Assembly (NCBI GenBank): GCA_963767985.1
Contig: CAVYGE010000006.1
Location: 774,334-838,333, forward strand
DNA length: 64,000 nt
Origin: an uncultured Chloroflexia bacterium
GTDB lineage: Bacteria; Chloroflexota; Limnocylindria; QHBO01
Reading direction: 5' to 3'
Shown: in pieces, positions 31,631 through 41,502 of the stretch
How the letters are laid out: every line of letters begins with the position of its first letter
Numbering within the stretch: the first letter of the stretch is position 1
Program-made: the position numbers and the translations under genes
The notes under the pieces: model-generated
Told to the model about the DNA's origin: nothing
Seen by the model: the letters and a program-made list of their open reading frames with translations, nothing else
Database searches by the model: none

Positions 31631-33559
31631 CTATCGGGCGCTCTTGGCCGCCGCCGCCGCGACCTCGTCACTCACGACGCCAACTCCTCCGAGCACCATG
31701 AGTGCCCCGGGCTTGATCCGCCGCAGCTGGCTCGCCGTCGGAGCCGGCAGAGTCGTCGCCTTGACGAGGAGCAACGGGACGTTGCGTCGTGCCGCGGCCG
31801 GACCCCCGGCGAGCGCATCAGGGAAGGCTGTGCCGGTGGCGAGGAACGTTGATCCCAGGGATCCCGGAAACAGGCCTGCGACGGCCGCCGCCGTCGCGTA
31901 GCGGTCGGCGCCGGAGATCCGCGTCACGCTGCCGGCCGTGAAGGCGCCGAGGCGCTCGACCACGGCGTTCGACACCACGCCGATGCCCCCGAGGACCACG
32001 ATGCGTCCCGGCCGGATGCGGTCGAGCTCGCGCGCCGTGGCGGATGGCAGGTCGCCGGGCCGGGTGAGGAGCAGTGGGCTGGCAGTCCTCCCGGCCAACG
32101 GTATGGCGGCGAGCGCGTCGGGATAGTTCGCTCCCGTGGCGACGTAGGCGACCGAGATGCCCCGGGGCGTGCCCGCGACCGAGATCGCAGCGGCCGTTGC
32201 ATAGCGGTCAGGTCCGAACAGGCGGGTGACGCCGCCATTCGTGTGACCCTCGAGGCGCACCCTGACGGCTTCGCTGATCACCGAGGGTCCGCCAAGGACG
32301 ACGATCCGGCCGGGCCTGAGGCGCGCCAGCTCCGCCGACGTGGTCGAAGGCAGGCTGGTCGGCTGGGTGAGAAGCACTGGCGCCCCGTCACGAGCAGCAG
32401 CGGCGCCACCGGCCAACGCATCGGGATAGTTCGTACCGGTCGCGATGTACGCGACCCCGACACCCGGCTCGAACGAGGCGCGCGAGATGGCCGCGGCGGT
32501 GGCGTACCGATCCGAACCAGCAAGGCGAGTCACCCACCCCGGCGGGCAATGGACCGAGCCCTTGCCGATCGCGGTCCACGGACAGCCGGCGCTGTCCAGG
32601 GCGTGCATCACTGCGGGCATCGCACGCGCCGTCTCCGTGGGGATCATCTCGTCCGGCGGGTAGCGCCGGTCCGCGAGCTCCACCGTATAGCTGAAAATGC
32701 GATGCGCTCCGTACATCCAGTCGATCTGGTCACCATCGGTCGGATACAGCGCATGGGACTGCAGGCCCCGATATCCGGCTAGGCGCGCCATCTCATTGCC
32801 GATGGCTGCGAGCGTTGCGCGATCATCGGCGTCGGGGACGCCAGCCGCTGAGTGAGCCCACGGCCAGACCACCACGCGACCGTAGGAGTGGAACGAGAGA
32901 TGGATGCGGATCTGCTGCCGCCCGCCAATCACGCGCCCATCGACGAACTTCCTGAGCGCCGCGACCTCGGGTGCCGACCACGGCCGCCGACCGCGGTAGT
33001 TCTCGCTTGACGCTGAGCCGCTGGACCCTCCGCAGCAGCCCCACTTCCAGCCGTAGTTGCGGTTGAGGTCCGTGCCGACGGCTGTCGTTCCTGCGTTTGG
33101 CTGCCGGTTCTTGCGCCAGTCCCGATACGTCGGTCCCCCGCCATCGAATGTCGTGCCGTCGGGGTTCAGGTTGAACAGGATCCACGTCTCGCTGCCGTCG
33201 ACGCGCCGCCGCGTCGCTTCGCTGGAAGCGTACGTGGAGGTCAGGTGCTTGAGGACGGCCAGGGCCATCTCGACGCTCAGATGCTCGCGGCCGTGATGGC
33301 CGCCGTCGAGCAGGATCTCGGGCTCCGCCTCGTCGAGCGCGACGTTGTCGCTGACCTTTGCGATCCACAGGTCGCGGCCCTCGTGGCTGCGGCCGATCGT
33401 TGTGATCCGAACGAGTGACGGATGCGCGCGTTCGATGGCGCGTATGGCCGTCGTCAGCTCCTCGTAGGTGTGGTACCCGCTATCCGCGGGGGGAAATGCG
33501 TGGGCGACCTGCGTCGCCGGCCCAGCCAACGTCAGGCTCGAGATGATGACCAGTGACAT
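31631..33559 (-). CDS. Secreted M14 zinc carboxypeptidase with three C-terminal CWB2 cell-wall-binding repeats
   Basis: Signal peptide MSLVIISSLTLAGPATQVAHA. M14 motifs (HGREH, NPDG, ...SFHSYG). Three repeats of the GxDRYATAAAIS...VATGxNYPDAL type. Start set at the ATG before the signal peptide (33559). Confidence 0.8.
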   Translation of the reverse strand: MSLVIISSLTLAGPATQVAHAFPPADSGYHTYEELTTAIRAIERAHPSLVRITTIGRSHEGRDLWIAKVSDNVALDEAEPEILLDGGHHGREHLSVEMALAVLKHLTSTYASSEATRRRVDGSETWILFNLNPDGTTFDGGGPTYRDWRKNRQPNAGTTAVGTDLNRNYGWKWGCCGGSSGSASSENYRGRRPWSAPEVAALRKFVDGRVIGGRQQIRIHLSFHSYGRVVVWPWAHSAAGVPDADDRATLAAIGNEMARLAGYRGLQSHALYPTDGDQIDWMYGAHRIFSYTVELADRRYPPDEMIPTETARAMPAVMHALDSAGCPWTAIGKGSVHCPPGWVTRLAGSDRYATAAAISRASFEPGVGVAYIATGTNYPDALAGGAAAARDGAPVLLTQPTSLPSTTSAELARLRPGRIVVLGGPSVISEAVRVRLEGHTNGGVTRLFGPDRYATAAAISVAGTPRGISVAYVATGANYPDALAAIPLAGRTASPLLLTRPGDLPSATARELDRIRPGRIVVLGGIGVVSNAVVERLGAFTAGSVTRISGADRYATAAAVAGLFPGSLGSTFLATGTAFPDALAGGPAAARRNVPLLLVKATTLPAPTASQLRRIKPGALMVLGGVGVVSDEVAAAAAKSAR

Positions 33560-33776
33560 GGCCAGACGGCGTCGGCTGAACAGAACCCGCTCCCTCACGT
33601 GGCACGCAGTGGCGTCTACCGTACCCGCGCTGCGGCCAGGCGGAATAGCCATTTCGCGCGGCGAAGGCCGCGACGATCGCCCCGTCGGTACCAGTCCCGT
33701 GGGGTGACCTTGCGGCCATGCCTCGCCACCGATCGGGCCGTTGTCAATTGTCGGGAACGGTCGGCACGATGGGCGC

Positions 33777-35660
33777 ATGCCTTTTGCCCACCGTCGCCGC
33801 ACCCGGTTCATCCTTGCCGTCGTCATGGTCTGCTCCGCTGCCCTGCCCGTGGGCTTCGGCTCGCCCACCACTGCGGAGGCCGCCACCACGGTCCAACGCC
33901 TCAGCGGATCGGATCGCTTTGCGACCGCCGCAGAATTGAGTCGGGCGAACTTCGCCGCCGGCGTGCGCGTTGCCTACGTCACCACCGGATACAACTTCCC
34001 CGACGCGCTGGCCGCAGCGCCGTTGGCAACCAAGACCGGCGGGCCCATCCTGCTCGTGGCCGGCGGGTCGATCCCGGCAGCAACTCGCACCGAGCTGAGT
34101 CGGCTGCGGCCGCAGCGGATCGTGATCGTCGGCGGGCCCTCGACCGTCTCGGCGGCGGTCGCCTCGGCCCTGAAGGCCTACACCGCGGGAACCGTGAGCC
34201 GAATTCACGGAGCGGACCGCTTCGCAACAGCGGCCGCCGTGAGCCGGTCCTGGGGCAAGGGCGTCAGCGCCGTGTACATCGCCACCGGTCGGGCATTCCC
34301 TGATGCGCTGGCGGCGTCTGCCGCTGCTGCGCGGGGCCGGTTCCCGGTGCTCCTCGTCGAGCGCGACTCGATCCCGGCGGCGGTCAGGACCGAGCTGGCG
34401 CGACTCAACCCGCAGCGGATCTACATCGCCGGCGGCGCCGGCGTCGTGAGCGACGGCGTGCGTCGAGCCCTGGACGCCTACACCGCCGGACCGGTCGAAC
34501 GCATTGCCGGGGCGGATCGCTACGCCACGGCGGCCCAGATCAGCCGTCGGCACTTCGGGTCCGCTCCCGTGGCCTATCTCGCCACAGGCCTGAATTATCC
34601 GGACGCTCTGGCGAGCGCAGCCGTCGCCGGTATCAGGGGAGGTCCGGTCCTTCTCAGCGCCCCGACCTCGCTGCCGCGCAGCGTGTCCGACGAGCTGAAG
34701 CGGCTGAAGCCCGGTCGGGTGACCATCGTCGGCGGCCGCGCAGCCATCGGCGACGCGGTTCTCAACTCCGTCAAGCGGCTGTTCGGGCCGGTGGCGGTGG
34801 TTTCGCCAACGCCGGCGCCGACACCGAAGCCTGCCCCCACCGCGCCCCCGGCGCCACCACCCACGCCCGTCCCCACGGCTCCGGGTGGAGGTGGGTCCTC
34901 TGGCAGCCGGTGTCCCGTGGCGATGCCAGCTTCCGCACCGGCCGGCTGGACTCGCGCAACCACGAGCACATTCAGCGAGACGACGCCGCTCGGCAGCTGG
35001 CCCGGCCCCGTCGCCGCCACCCAGTGGAAGAACCGACAGGCCGGCGCCAAGGACTCGAGCGGACGCGGCACCTATGACTCGTCCCGCACCGTGAGCGAGG
35101 GCAATGGCCTGCTCGACATCTGGATCCATTCCGAGACGAGCAGCAAGCGCGGCGTCCACGATCCTGCGGGTCAACGCTACGTCGCGGCCCTCGTGTCGAA
35201 GCTCGGGGCGACGAAGGGAGCACGGATCTCGATCTGCATGCGCGCCGACACGATCCTCGGCTACAAGCTCGCCTACCTGCTATGGCCGAGCTCGGGCTCC
35301 GGGAACCAACTCGGAGAGATCGACTATCCCGAGGGCAAGCTGACAGGCCTGCCGGCCACCGCTCACGCCTTCATGCACTACGCGCCGAAGCCGTCGAGCG
35401 GCAAGCACCAGGACTGGTACGACAGCCTGGTGGCTCTCCAGGGCTGGCACGCCTACACCATCGAGTGGAATCCGAAGGCATCGACCCCGTACGCGAAGTT
35501 CTTCATCGACGGACGCCTGATCGGCCATTCGACGCGCTATGTGCCCACGGTGACGATGACGTACATCATGCAGAACGAGACGTACGTCGGAGGGCAGGCT
35601 CTTCCTGCACCGGCGCAGGGACACATCCAGGTCGACTGGCTGACCATCGACCTTCCGTAG
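33777..35660 (+). CDS. Secreted protein: signal peptide, three CWB2 repeats, a Pro-rich linker, and a C-terminal GH16 / concanavalin-like glucanase-type domain
   Basis: CWB2 repeats (GSDRFATAAELSRANF...TTGYNFPDAL x3), then PTPAPTPKPAPTAPPAPPPTP, then a beta-sandwich-like C-terminus (WNPKASTPYAKFFIDGRLIG...IQVDWLTI). It is divergently transcribed from the carboxypeptidase gene. Confidence 0.7.
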   Translation: MPFAHRRRTRFILAVVMVCSAALPVGFGSPTTAEAATTVQRLSGSDRFATAAELSRANFAAGVRVAYVTTGYNFPDALAAAPLATKTGGPILLVAGGSIPAATRTELSRLRPQRIVIVGGPSTVSAAVASALKAYTAGTVSRIHGADRFATAAAVSRSWGKGVSAVYIATGRAFPDALAASAAAARGRFPVLLVERDSIPAAVRTELARLNPQRIYIAGGAGVVSDGVRRALDAYTAGPVERIAGADRYATAAQISRRHFGSAPVAYLATGLNYPDALASAAVAGIRGGPVLLSAPTSLPRSVSDELKRLKPGRVTIVGGRAAIGDAVLNSVKRLFGPVAVVSPTPAPTPKPAPTAPPAPPPTPVPTAPGGGGSSGSRCPVAMPASAPAGWTRATTSTFSETTPLGSWPGPVAATQWKNRQAGAKDSSGRGTYDSSRTVSEGNGLLDIWIHSETSSKRGVHDPAGQRYVAALVSKLGATKGARISICMRADTILGYKLAYLLWPSSGSGNQLGEIDYPEGKLTGLPATAHAFMHYAPKPSSGKHQDWYDSLVALQGWHAYTIEWNPKASTPYAKFFIDGRLIGHSTRYVPTVTMTYIMQNETYVGGQALPAPAQGHIQVDWLTIDLP

Positions 35661-35679
35661 GCAACGCCTCCCGAACGTG

Positions 35680-36683
35680 TCAGGCCGGCGGCGATCCGTC
35701 GGCCTGCACGATGTCCGTCGGCGCGCCATGGACGGCAGGGATGCTTCCCAGGCGTCCCGCCTGGTAGTCCTCGAATGCCTGCATGACCTCTGCGCGCGTG
35801 TTCATCACGAACGGGCCCGCCCAGGCGACCGGTTCGCGGATCGGCCGTCCGCCGAGTACGAGGACGTCGAGGTTCGGCGTCCGGCTGTCGGGGCTGCCGT
35901 TGCGCCGACGCGCAGCGTGTTCCCGGCGCCGAAGCACCGCCAGCTGGCCGGTCTCGATCTCGATCGAGTCAGGTCCTGCGCGTCCGCGTCCGCCGAGGAC
36001 GTACACCAGCGCGTTGTAGTCGGCTCGCCATGGCAGGTCCACGGTCGCTTCGGGGCTGAGCGTCGCGTGCACGAGGGTCATCGGCGTGGACGTCGAACCC
36101 GGACCGGTGTATCCGGCGAGCTCGCCGGCGATCACCCGGACCAGCGCGCCACCGTCGGCTGATGCGAGCAGACCGACCTCGCCGGCGCGGATGTCCTGGT
36201 AGCGCGGCGGCAGACCACTTCTGGTGCCGCCGGCAGGTTGACCCACAGCTGGACGCCGTGGAACAGTCCGCCGCTCACGACGAGTGCTTCCGGGGGCTTC
36301 TCGATATGGAGGATCCCGGCGCCTGCAGTCATCCACTGCGTGTCCCCGTTCGTGATCACTCCCCCGCCTCCGTTCGAGTCGCTGTGCTCGAACGTGCCAT
36401 CCATCATGTAGGTCACGGTCTCGAAGCCGCGATGCGGGTGCCAGGGCGTGCCCTTCGGCTCCCCCGGCGCGTACTCGACCTCGCCCATCTGGTCCATGTG
36501 GATGAACGGGTCGAGGCTGGCGAGGTCCACGCCGTGAAACGCACGGCGAACCGGGAATCCCTCTCCCTCGAACCCGCGCGGCGCGCTGGTGCGGCTGATG
36601 ACCCCACGTGCCCGCGCAGTCGCCGGGTCCGGCAGTGGGATGCGGGGAAGGACGGTGATGTCGTCGACGGTGATGGCAGGCAT
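35680..36683 (-). CDS. Pirin-family protein (bicupin), with a frameshift near 36200
   Basis: N-terminal [54 protein letters not shown]. The C-terminal cupin continues in a second frame. Confidence 0.7.
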
Positions 36684-36715
36684 GCAAGGAGTCTAGCAGG
36701 TAGTTGCGGGCGCAA

Positions 36716-37381
36716 CTAGCGGTGGCCGCTACCGTGGTAGAAGAAGGGCTCCGCGGCTCGGACCGATACCGACCACGCGAGCGTCCGCAGGCGAGCCTCG
36801 AGCTCATCGGGGCGCCACAGCACCTTCACCGCCTGGTGCCGGGTCCCGTCGAGCAGGGTCCGCCACACGAGGTCCCGATGCTCGTCGGCCCACTCCTCGC
36901 GTCGGTCGAGGCTGTCAGCCTCATCGACGAAGAAGACGCGTCCGTCGGGCGCCAGCAGGCCGGCGACGCCGCTCCAGAAGTCGTCGAAGCGACTCCTCGG
37001 GACGTGGGACAGGAAGAAGCCGAAGAAGACGACGTCCCACGCGTGCGTCGCCTCGAGCGCGAACGCATCGGCCATGCGATAGCGTGACTCGTGGATCGTC
37101 GCACCTTCGCTGCGTTGATCTCGAGCATCTCGGGCGAGGTGTCGGTGGCGGTGAGCGCATCGGCGTACTCGGCCAGCAGGCCGGTCCATTGGCCGGTGCC
37201 GGCGGCCAGCTCCAGGACTCGACCGCGTGGCTCGAACTCGCGCAGGGCCCGACGGACCGCGTCGAATAGCGGATCGAGTGGATCGTCCGTCCGGCGTCGA
37301 GGTGAGGTCGTACTCCGCGGCCCGCGCGCGGTAGTACGCCACCTGCGCCTCGAGGACGCGACGGTCGTCCGGATCGCCCAT
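36716..37381 (-). CDS. Class I SAM-dependent methyltransferase, with about 2 frameshifts
   Basis: [26 protein letters not shown]... and ...[23 protein letters not shown]...[12 protein letters not shown] are in one frame. The SAM-binding middle part is in another. Confidence 0.55.
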   Translation of the reverse strand: MGDPDDRRVLEAQVAYYRARAAEYDLTSTPDGRSTRSAIRRGPSGPARVRATRSSPGAGRRHRPMDRPAGRVRRCAHRHRHLARDARDQRSEGATIHESRYRMADAFALEATHAWDVVFFGFFLSHVPRSRFDDFWSGVAGLLAPDGRVFFVDEADSLDRREEWADEHRDLVWRTLLDGTRHQAVKVLWRPDELEARLRTLAWSVSVRAAEPFFYHGSGHR

Positions 37382-37761
37382 CAGCGACGCTCGGCGGGTA
37401 CCCCGAGCGTGACCGCCGCCGCGACCGTGGCGGTGGCAAGGGCCATCGCCTGCCCCGTGGTCAGCGCCGCGTCCCCGGCGAAGAGAGCGGTCGCGGCGCT
37501 CGGAATCGCGCCCAGCACCACCGGGACCAGGGTCCAGCCCAGCACGAGCACGGTCGGGGCGGTCGCACCGGGGAGCCGCAACGTGCGGGTCGCGACCGCC
37601 GTCAGCACGCCGAGAAACGCGGCGAGGAGGAGGATCAGGATCAGCGCCGGCTGATCGCGTGCGCCCGATGCCTCGACCAGGCCCACGACCCCCTGGTAGG
37701 CGATCGCGACCGCAATGGCCAGGATGGCGCCCAGGACGGCGGAGCGGGCGCCGATCACGAC
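37381..37761 (-). CDS. Possible small polytopic membrane protein (Ala/Leu/Val-rich, 3-4 TM) read in frame with the C-terminus of the Mur ligase
   Basis: VVIGARSAVLGAILAIAVAIAYQGVVGLV...ALILILLLAAFLGVLTAVA...LVLGWTLVPVVLGAI. The composition is not junk-like. No stop separates it from the Mur ligase, so it is either a fusion or a lost stop. Confidence 0.3.
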   Translation of the reverse strand, partial: VVIGARSAVLGAILAIAVAIAYQGVVGLVEASGARDQPALILILLLAAFLGVLTAVATRTLRLPGATAPTVLVLGWTLVPVVLGAIPSAATALFAGDAALTTGQAMALATATVAAAVTLGVPAERR

Positions 37762-39169
37762 GGGCCCTCCCGCCAGGCGCTCGGCCAGGCCGCGCGCGAT
37801 CCGGTACGACTTGCCGGCCCCCATGACGAGGACCGCATCGTGGGCGCCCAGGTGCTCGGCCAGGTAGGTCGTCGTCGCTTCGACGTCGCCGGTGGCGATG
37901 GCCGGGACCGCAGAGATGCGCTCGACCGCATCGGCCAGTGCCTCGGCGCTGGTCGCTGCCATGGCTTCGGGGGTGTCCCGGCTGGCGAAGATGTCGGCGA
38001 TGACCACCTCGTCCGCATCGGCGAAGGCGGTGGAGAACTCGTCCATCAGCAGGGAGGTCCGCGAGTACATGTGCGGCTCGAAGACGGCCCACAGTCGTCG
38101 ATCCGCACCGACCTTCTGACGGGCCGCGGCCAGCGCGGCACGGACCTCGGTCGGGTGATGCCCGTAGTCGTCGAAGATCGTCACGCCGCCAGTATCGGCG
38201 ATGAGCTCCATGCGGCGCCCGGCGCCGGCGAACGTGGCGAGGGCTCCGGAGAGCGCATCGAGATCGGCGCCGAGCGCTCGCGCCAGCACGATGGCGCGCG
38301 GTCGCGTTCATGACGTTGTGGTCTGCCCGCCAGGGCCATCCTGAACCGATGCTCGAACAGGGTGAATGCCGTTACCGTCGGATGTGGCCTCGATCTCCGA
38401 GGCCGCGATGTCGCCGCCCGGCCCGTACCGGATGATGCGCCCGTCCCAACCCGCCAGGCGTCGCACGAGGTCGATCGCCCCCGGGTCGTCCGCCGCGATG
38501 ACCAGGCGTCGTCCGTTGAGCGCCGGATGCGAACCCATGCCCCGCACGAAGCGCTCGAACGAATCGAGCACGGCGTCACGATCGGCGAAGTGATCCGGAT
38601 GGTCCATCTCGACATTCGTCACGATGGCGCCCGCTGGATGGTAGTTGAGGAAGTTATCGCCGAATTCGTCGGCCTCCACGACGAACGGAGCGCCGGAGCC
38701 AGCTCGCACGGAAGCGCCCCATGCGCCGATGAACGCTCCGACCTCGACGGTCGGATCCAGGCCCGCGCCGATCAGCAGATGGCCGAGGAGCGCCGTGGTG
38801 GTCGACTTGCCATGCGTCCCGGTGACGCCGAGGCCAATCCGTCCGGCTGCCGACTGGAGCTCGCCGAGCAGAACCTGCCAGGGAATGACCGGGATGCCGA
38901 GGTTGGCCGCGCGCCGCCAGCTCGGGATGGTCGGGCACGGCACGCAGCGCGGGCGAGATGGCGACGCGCGTCACCCCGGCGAGGTGCTCGGGGTCGTGGC
39001 CGATGGCGTAGCGAATCCCGGCCGCGTCGAGCGGAGGCGTGTACGGGGTCGGGGCGTCGAGGTCGCACCCATCGACGGACACTCCCGCCTGGTGCAGCAG
39101 GAGGGCCGTGCCCGCCGCGCCGGAGCCGGCGATTCCGATGATGTGGATGCGCTCACCAGATTCCACCAT
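37762..39169 (-). CDS. Mur ligase family protein (MurC/Mpl-like UDP-N-acetylmuramate ligase), with about 2 frameshifts
   Basis: N-terminal RIHIIGIAGSGAAG, middle VTGTHGKSTTTALL, C-terminal domain ...IFDDYGHHPTEV...VLVMGAGKS. It is read from three frames (ORFs 38654..39724, 38308..38943, 37381..38289). It lies outside any dcw cluster. Confidence 0.7.
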
Positions 39170-39174
39170 GTGGC

Positions 39175-39691
39175 TCACACGCCCCCTGCCAGGCGCGCCG
39201 CGACTTCGAGGCAGGCGAGGGCCGAGGCTCGCTTGTTGCCGTCGCGGTCGTGCGGCCAGACATGACGCTCGATCACCGTCGGACCATCGCGGATGCCGGC
39301 CGCCACGTAGGTGAGGCCCGACCGGCTTCTCGGACGAGCCACCGTCGGGGCCGGCGATGCCGGTGACCGCCACGGCAAGATGCGCCGCCGGGAAACGATC
39401 GAGCGCCCCGCCGGCCATCGCCTCGGCCACTTCGGACGAGACGGCTCCATCCCTCCCGATCAGGTCGGGCGCGACGCCCAGCAGATCCTCCTTCACCGCG
39501 TTCGAATAGCTCACCACGCCGCCGAGGTAGTGGTCGCTCGACCGCGGAACCTGGGTGATCGAATGCCCGACGAGTCCGCCGGTGCAGGACTCGGCGCTCG
39601 CCATCTGCCAGCCGTGTCGGGCGAGAATCCGGCCGAGACGGGCGGCCGCCGTTCGGAGGTCGTCGTCCGTCGGAGGGCGCGTGCTGGGCAT
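39175..39691 (-). CDS. CinA C-terminal-domain protein (PncC-like NMN deamidase), with a frameshift near 39360
   Basis: LGRILARHGWQMASAESCTGGLVGHSITQVP...GGVVSYSNAVKEDLLGV...AVAVTGIAGPDGG then ...GLTYVAAGIRDGPTVIERHVWPHDRDGNKRASAL in a second frame. Confidence 0.7.
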
Positions 39692-39695
39692 CGGC

Positions 39696-40187
39696 TCAGC
39701 GGTAGTTCGTGAACTGGAGGGCAACCGGATAGTCGAGCGCCTTCAGGTCGGCGATGACCGCCTGGAGCTCGTCGCGAGACTTGGCCGATACGCGAACCGC
39801 GTCGCCCTGGATGGCCGGCTTGGTCTTCGGGAACGCCTCCCTCACGTGCTTGCTCAGCTCCTTGGCCTGCTCGCTCGTGAGGCCGCGCTTGAGCTTGACC
39901 TCCTGTCGCACCGTGCCGCCGCCGGCCGGCTCGATCTTGCCCCACTCGAAGATCTTCAGGCTGAGGTTGCGTCGCACGGCCTTGGATTCGAGCAGGTCCT
40001 TGGCTGTTCCGGCACGGTACTCGTCGTCGGCGACGAGCACGATGGCGTCCTTCCCCAGCTCGAACGCGACCTTGCTGCCCTTGAAGTCGTAGCGCGTGGC
40101 GATCTCGCGCCGCGCCTGGTCGAGCGCATTCACCAGCTCCTGCTGGTCGAAGTCGCTCACGATGTCGAACGATGAATCTGAAGCCAT
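39696..40187 (-). CDS. yajQ: YajQ-family (UPF0234) cyclic-di-GMP-binding protein
   Basis: MASDSSFDIVSDFDQQELVNALDQARREIATRYDFKGSKV... is a full-length YajQ match. Confidence 0.9.
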   Translation of the reverse strand: MASDSSFDIVSDFDQQELVNALDQARREIATRYDFKGSKVAFELGKDAIVLVADDEYRAGTAKDLLESKAVRRNLSLKIFEWGKIEPAGGGTVRQEVKLKRGLTSEQAKELSKHVREAFPKTKPAIQGDAVRVSAKSRDELQAVIADLKALDYPVALQFTNYR

Positions 40188-40208
40188 GACTCCCCTATCT
40201 TGCGCCCT

Positions 40209-41502
40209 TCAGCTCCCGCTGCGGGCAATCTGCCACTCGACGACGTCGCCCGCGCCCCCCATGGCGCCGAGGACGGCGCCGTTGATCGTGAGGCGCACCA
40301 CGCCGGCGTTCCCCACCCGGACGCGCAACGACCGCTCCGCACGCAGCGCAATGGATTCTCCGTCTCCGGCGATACCGCCCGAGACGTCCGCGAGCGGCGC
40401 GCCGTCCTGGTCGATCTCGACGTACGTTTCGCCGCCGTCCACCCCGAGCGTGCCCTGGAGGCCCGGCGCTGGGGCAACCGTGACGCGACGCGTCACCGGC
40501 GCAGACGATCCTGCGACGACCGCCAGGTCCCATGACCCCGGGCTGAGCGTCAGGGATGCGCTGAACGCCCCGGCGTCATCCGCCGTCACGGCGACCGGCG
40601 CCGGAGCGGCCGGACCCGACGGCGTGACCGGTACCGGCTGGCCGTTGAGATCGGTGATCGTGAAGCTCGGAGGCGCGGCGCTCACCAGCGTGGCGCTGGC
40701 CGTGAGGCCCTCTCCCGGAGCCGCCGTCCCGGTGACTCCGACGGGTCCGGTGACGGTGGCATCGACCGCGGGGGTCGTCAGGGTGACCGTCGATGTCGCC
40801 GGCGACGGGCTGGCAGGGTCGGCGCTCACGACGTTCACGCGCCGCACGAACTCCTCGGACGTCCGGTTCGTGATCGGATCGCGGGCCGTGATGATGGATC
40901 TCGTTCGAGCCGGGGAGCAGACCCACGGTGATCTCGAAGTTGCCCTCGGCATCGGCCGTGGCGCTCGGGTTCTCGGGCAGGCCGCTGATGTTGATCGTGG
41001 CGTTGGAGCTCGTCGTGCCGCGCAGCGTGATGGTTGCCCCGGTGTGCGCGGCCACGTCGCCCGGAGGATCGAGAATGATGAGCTCGGGCGTTCGCGCGAA
41101 GTTCACGAACTGGTATCCGAGCCACGCGACAAAGGCGCCGACCAGGACGGTGAGGATGGCGGCCGCAATCGCCCCGGGGGTCACGATGAGCGTTCTCCGG
41201 CGCCGGACCGACATCGGGCGCGGCGGACCGGGGAGGGTGGGCCGCTCGATGCTGCCGGCACGCGTCTCGAGCCGATAGAGGTCGATCAGGTATTCGGCAT
41301 CCAGGTCGAGGTAGGCCGCGTAGTTGCGCAGAAATCCGCGGGTGTAGACCGATCCGGGCAGCTCCCGATACTCACCCCGTTCGAGGGCGGAGAGGTAGCG
41401 CTCGCGGATCTTCGTCTCGCGCTCGACCCGGGCGAGATCTGCGCCCTTCGCCTCGCGCGCCGCTCGCAGGACCTCGCCGAGCTTGTGGCCGTCCTCGGTC
41501 AC
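40209..41502 (-). CDS. RodZ-like protein: XRE helix-turn-helix, TM segment, DUF4115-like C-terminal domain. Frameshift near 40870.
   Basis: HTH LGEVLRAAREAKGADLARVERETKIRERYLSALERGEYRELPG. TM IAAAILTVLVGAFVAWLGY. The C-terminal domain continues in ORF 40209..40952. Its ATG overlaps the ftsK stop (ATGA). Confidence 0.65.
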
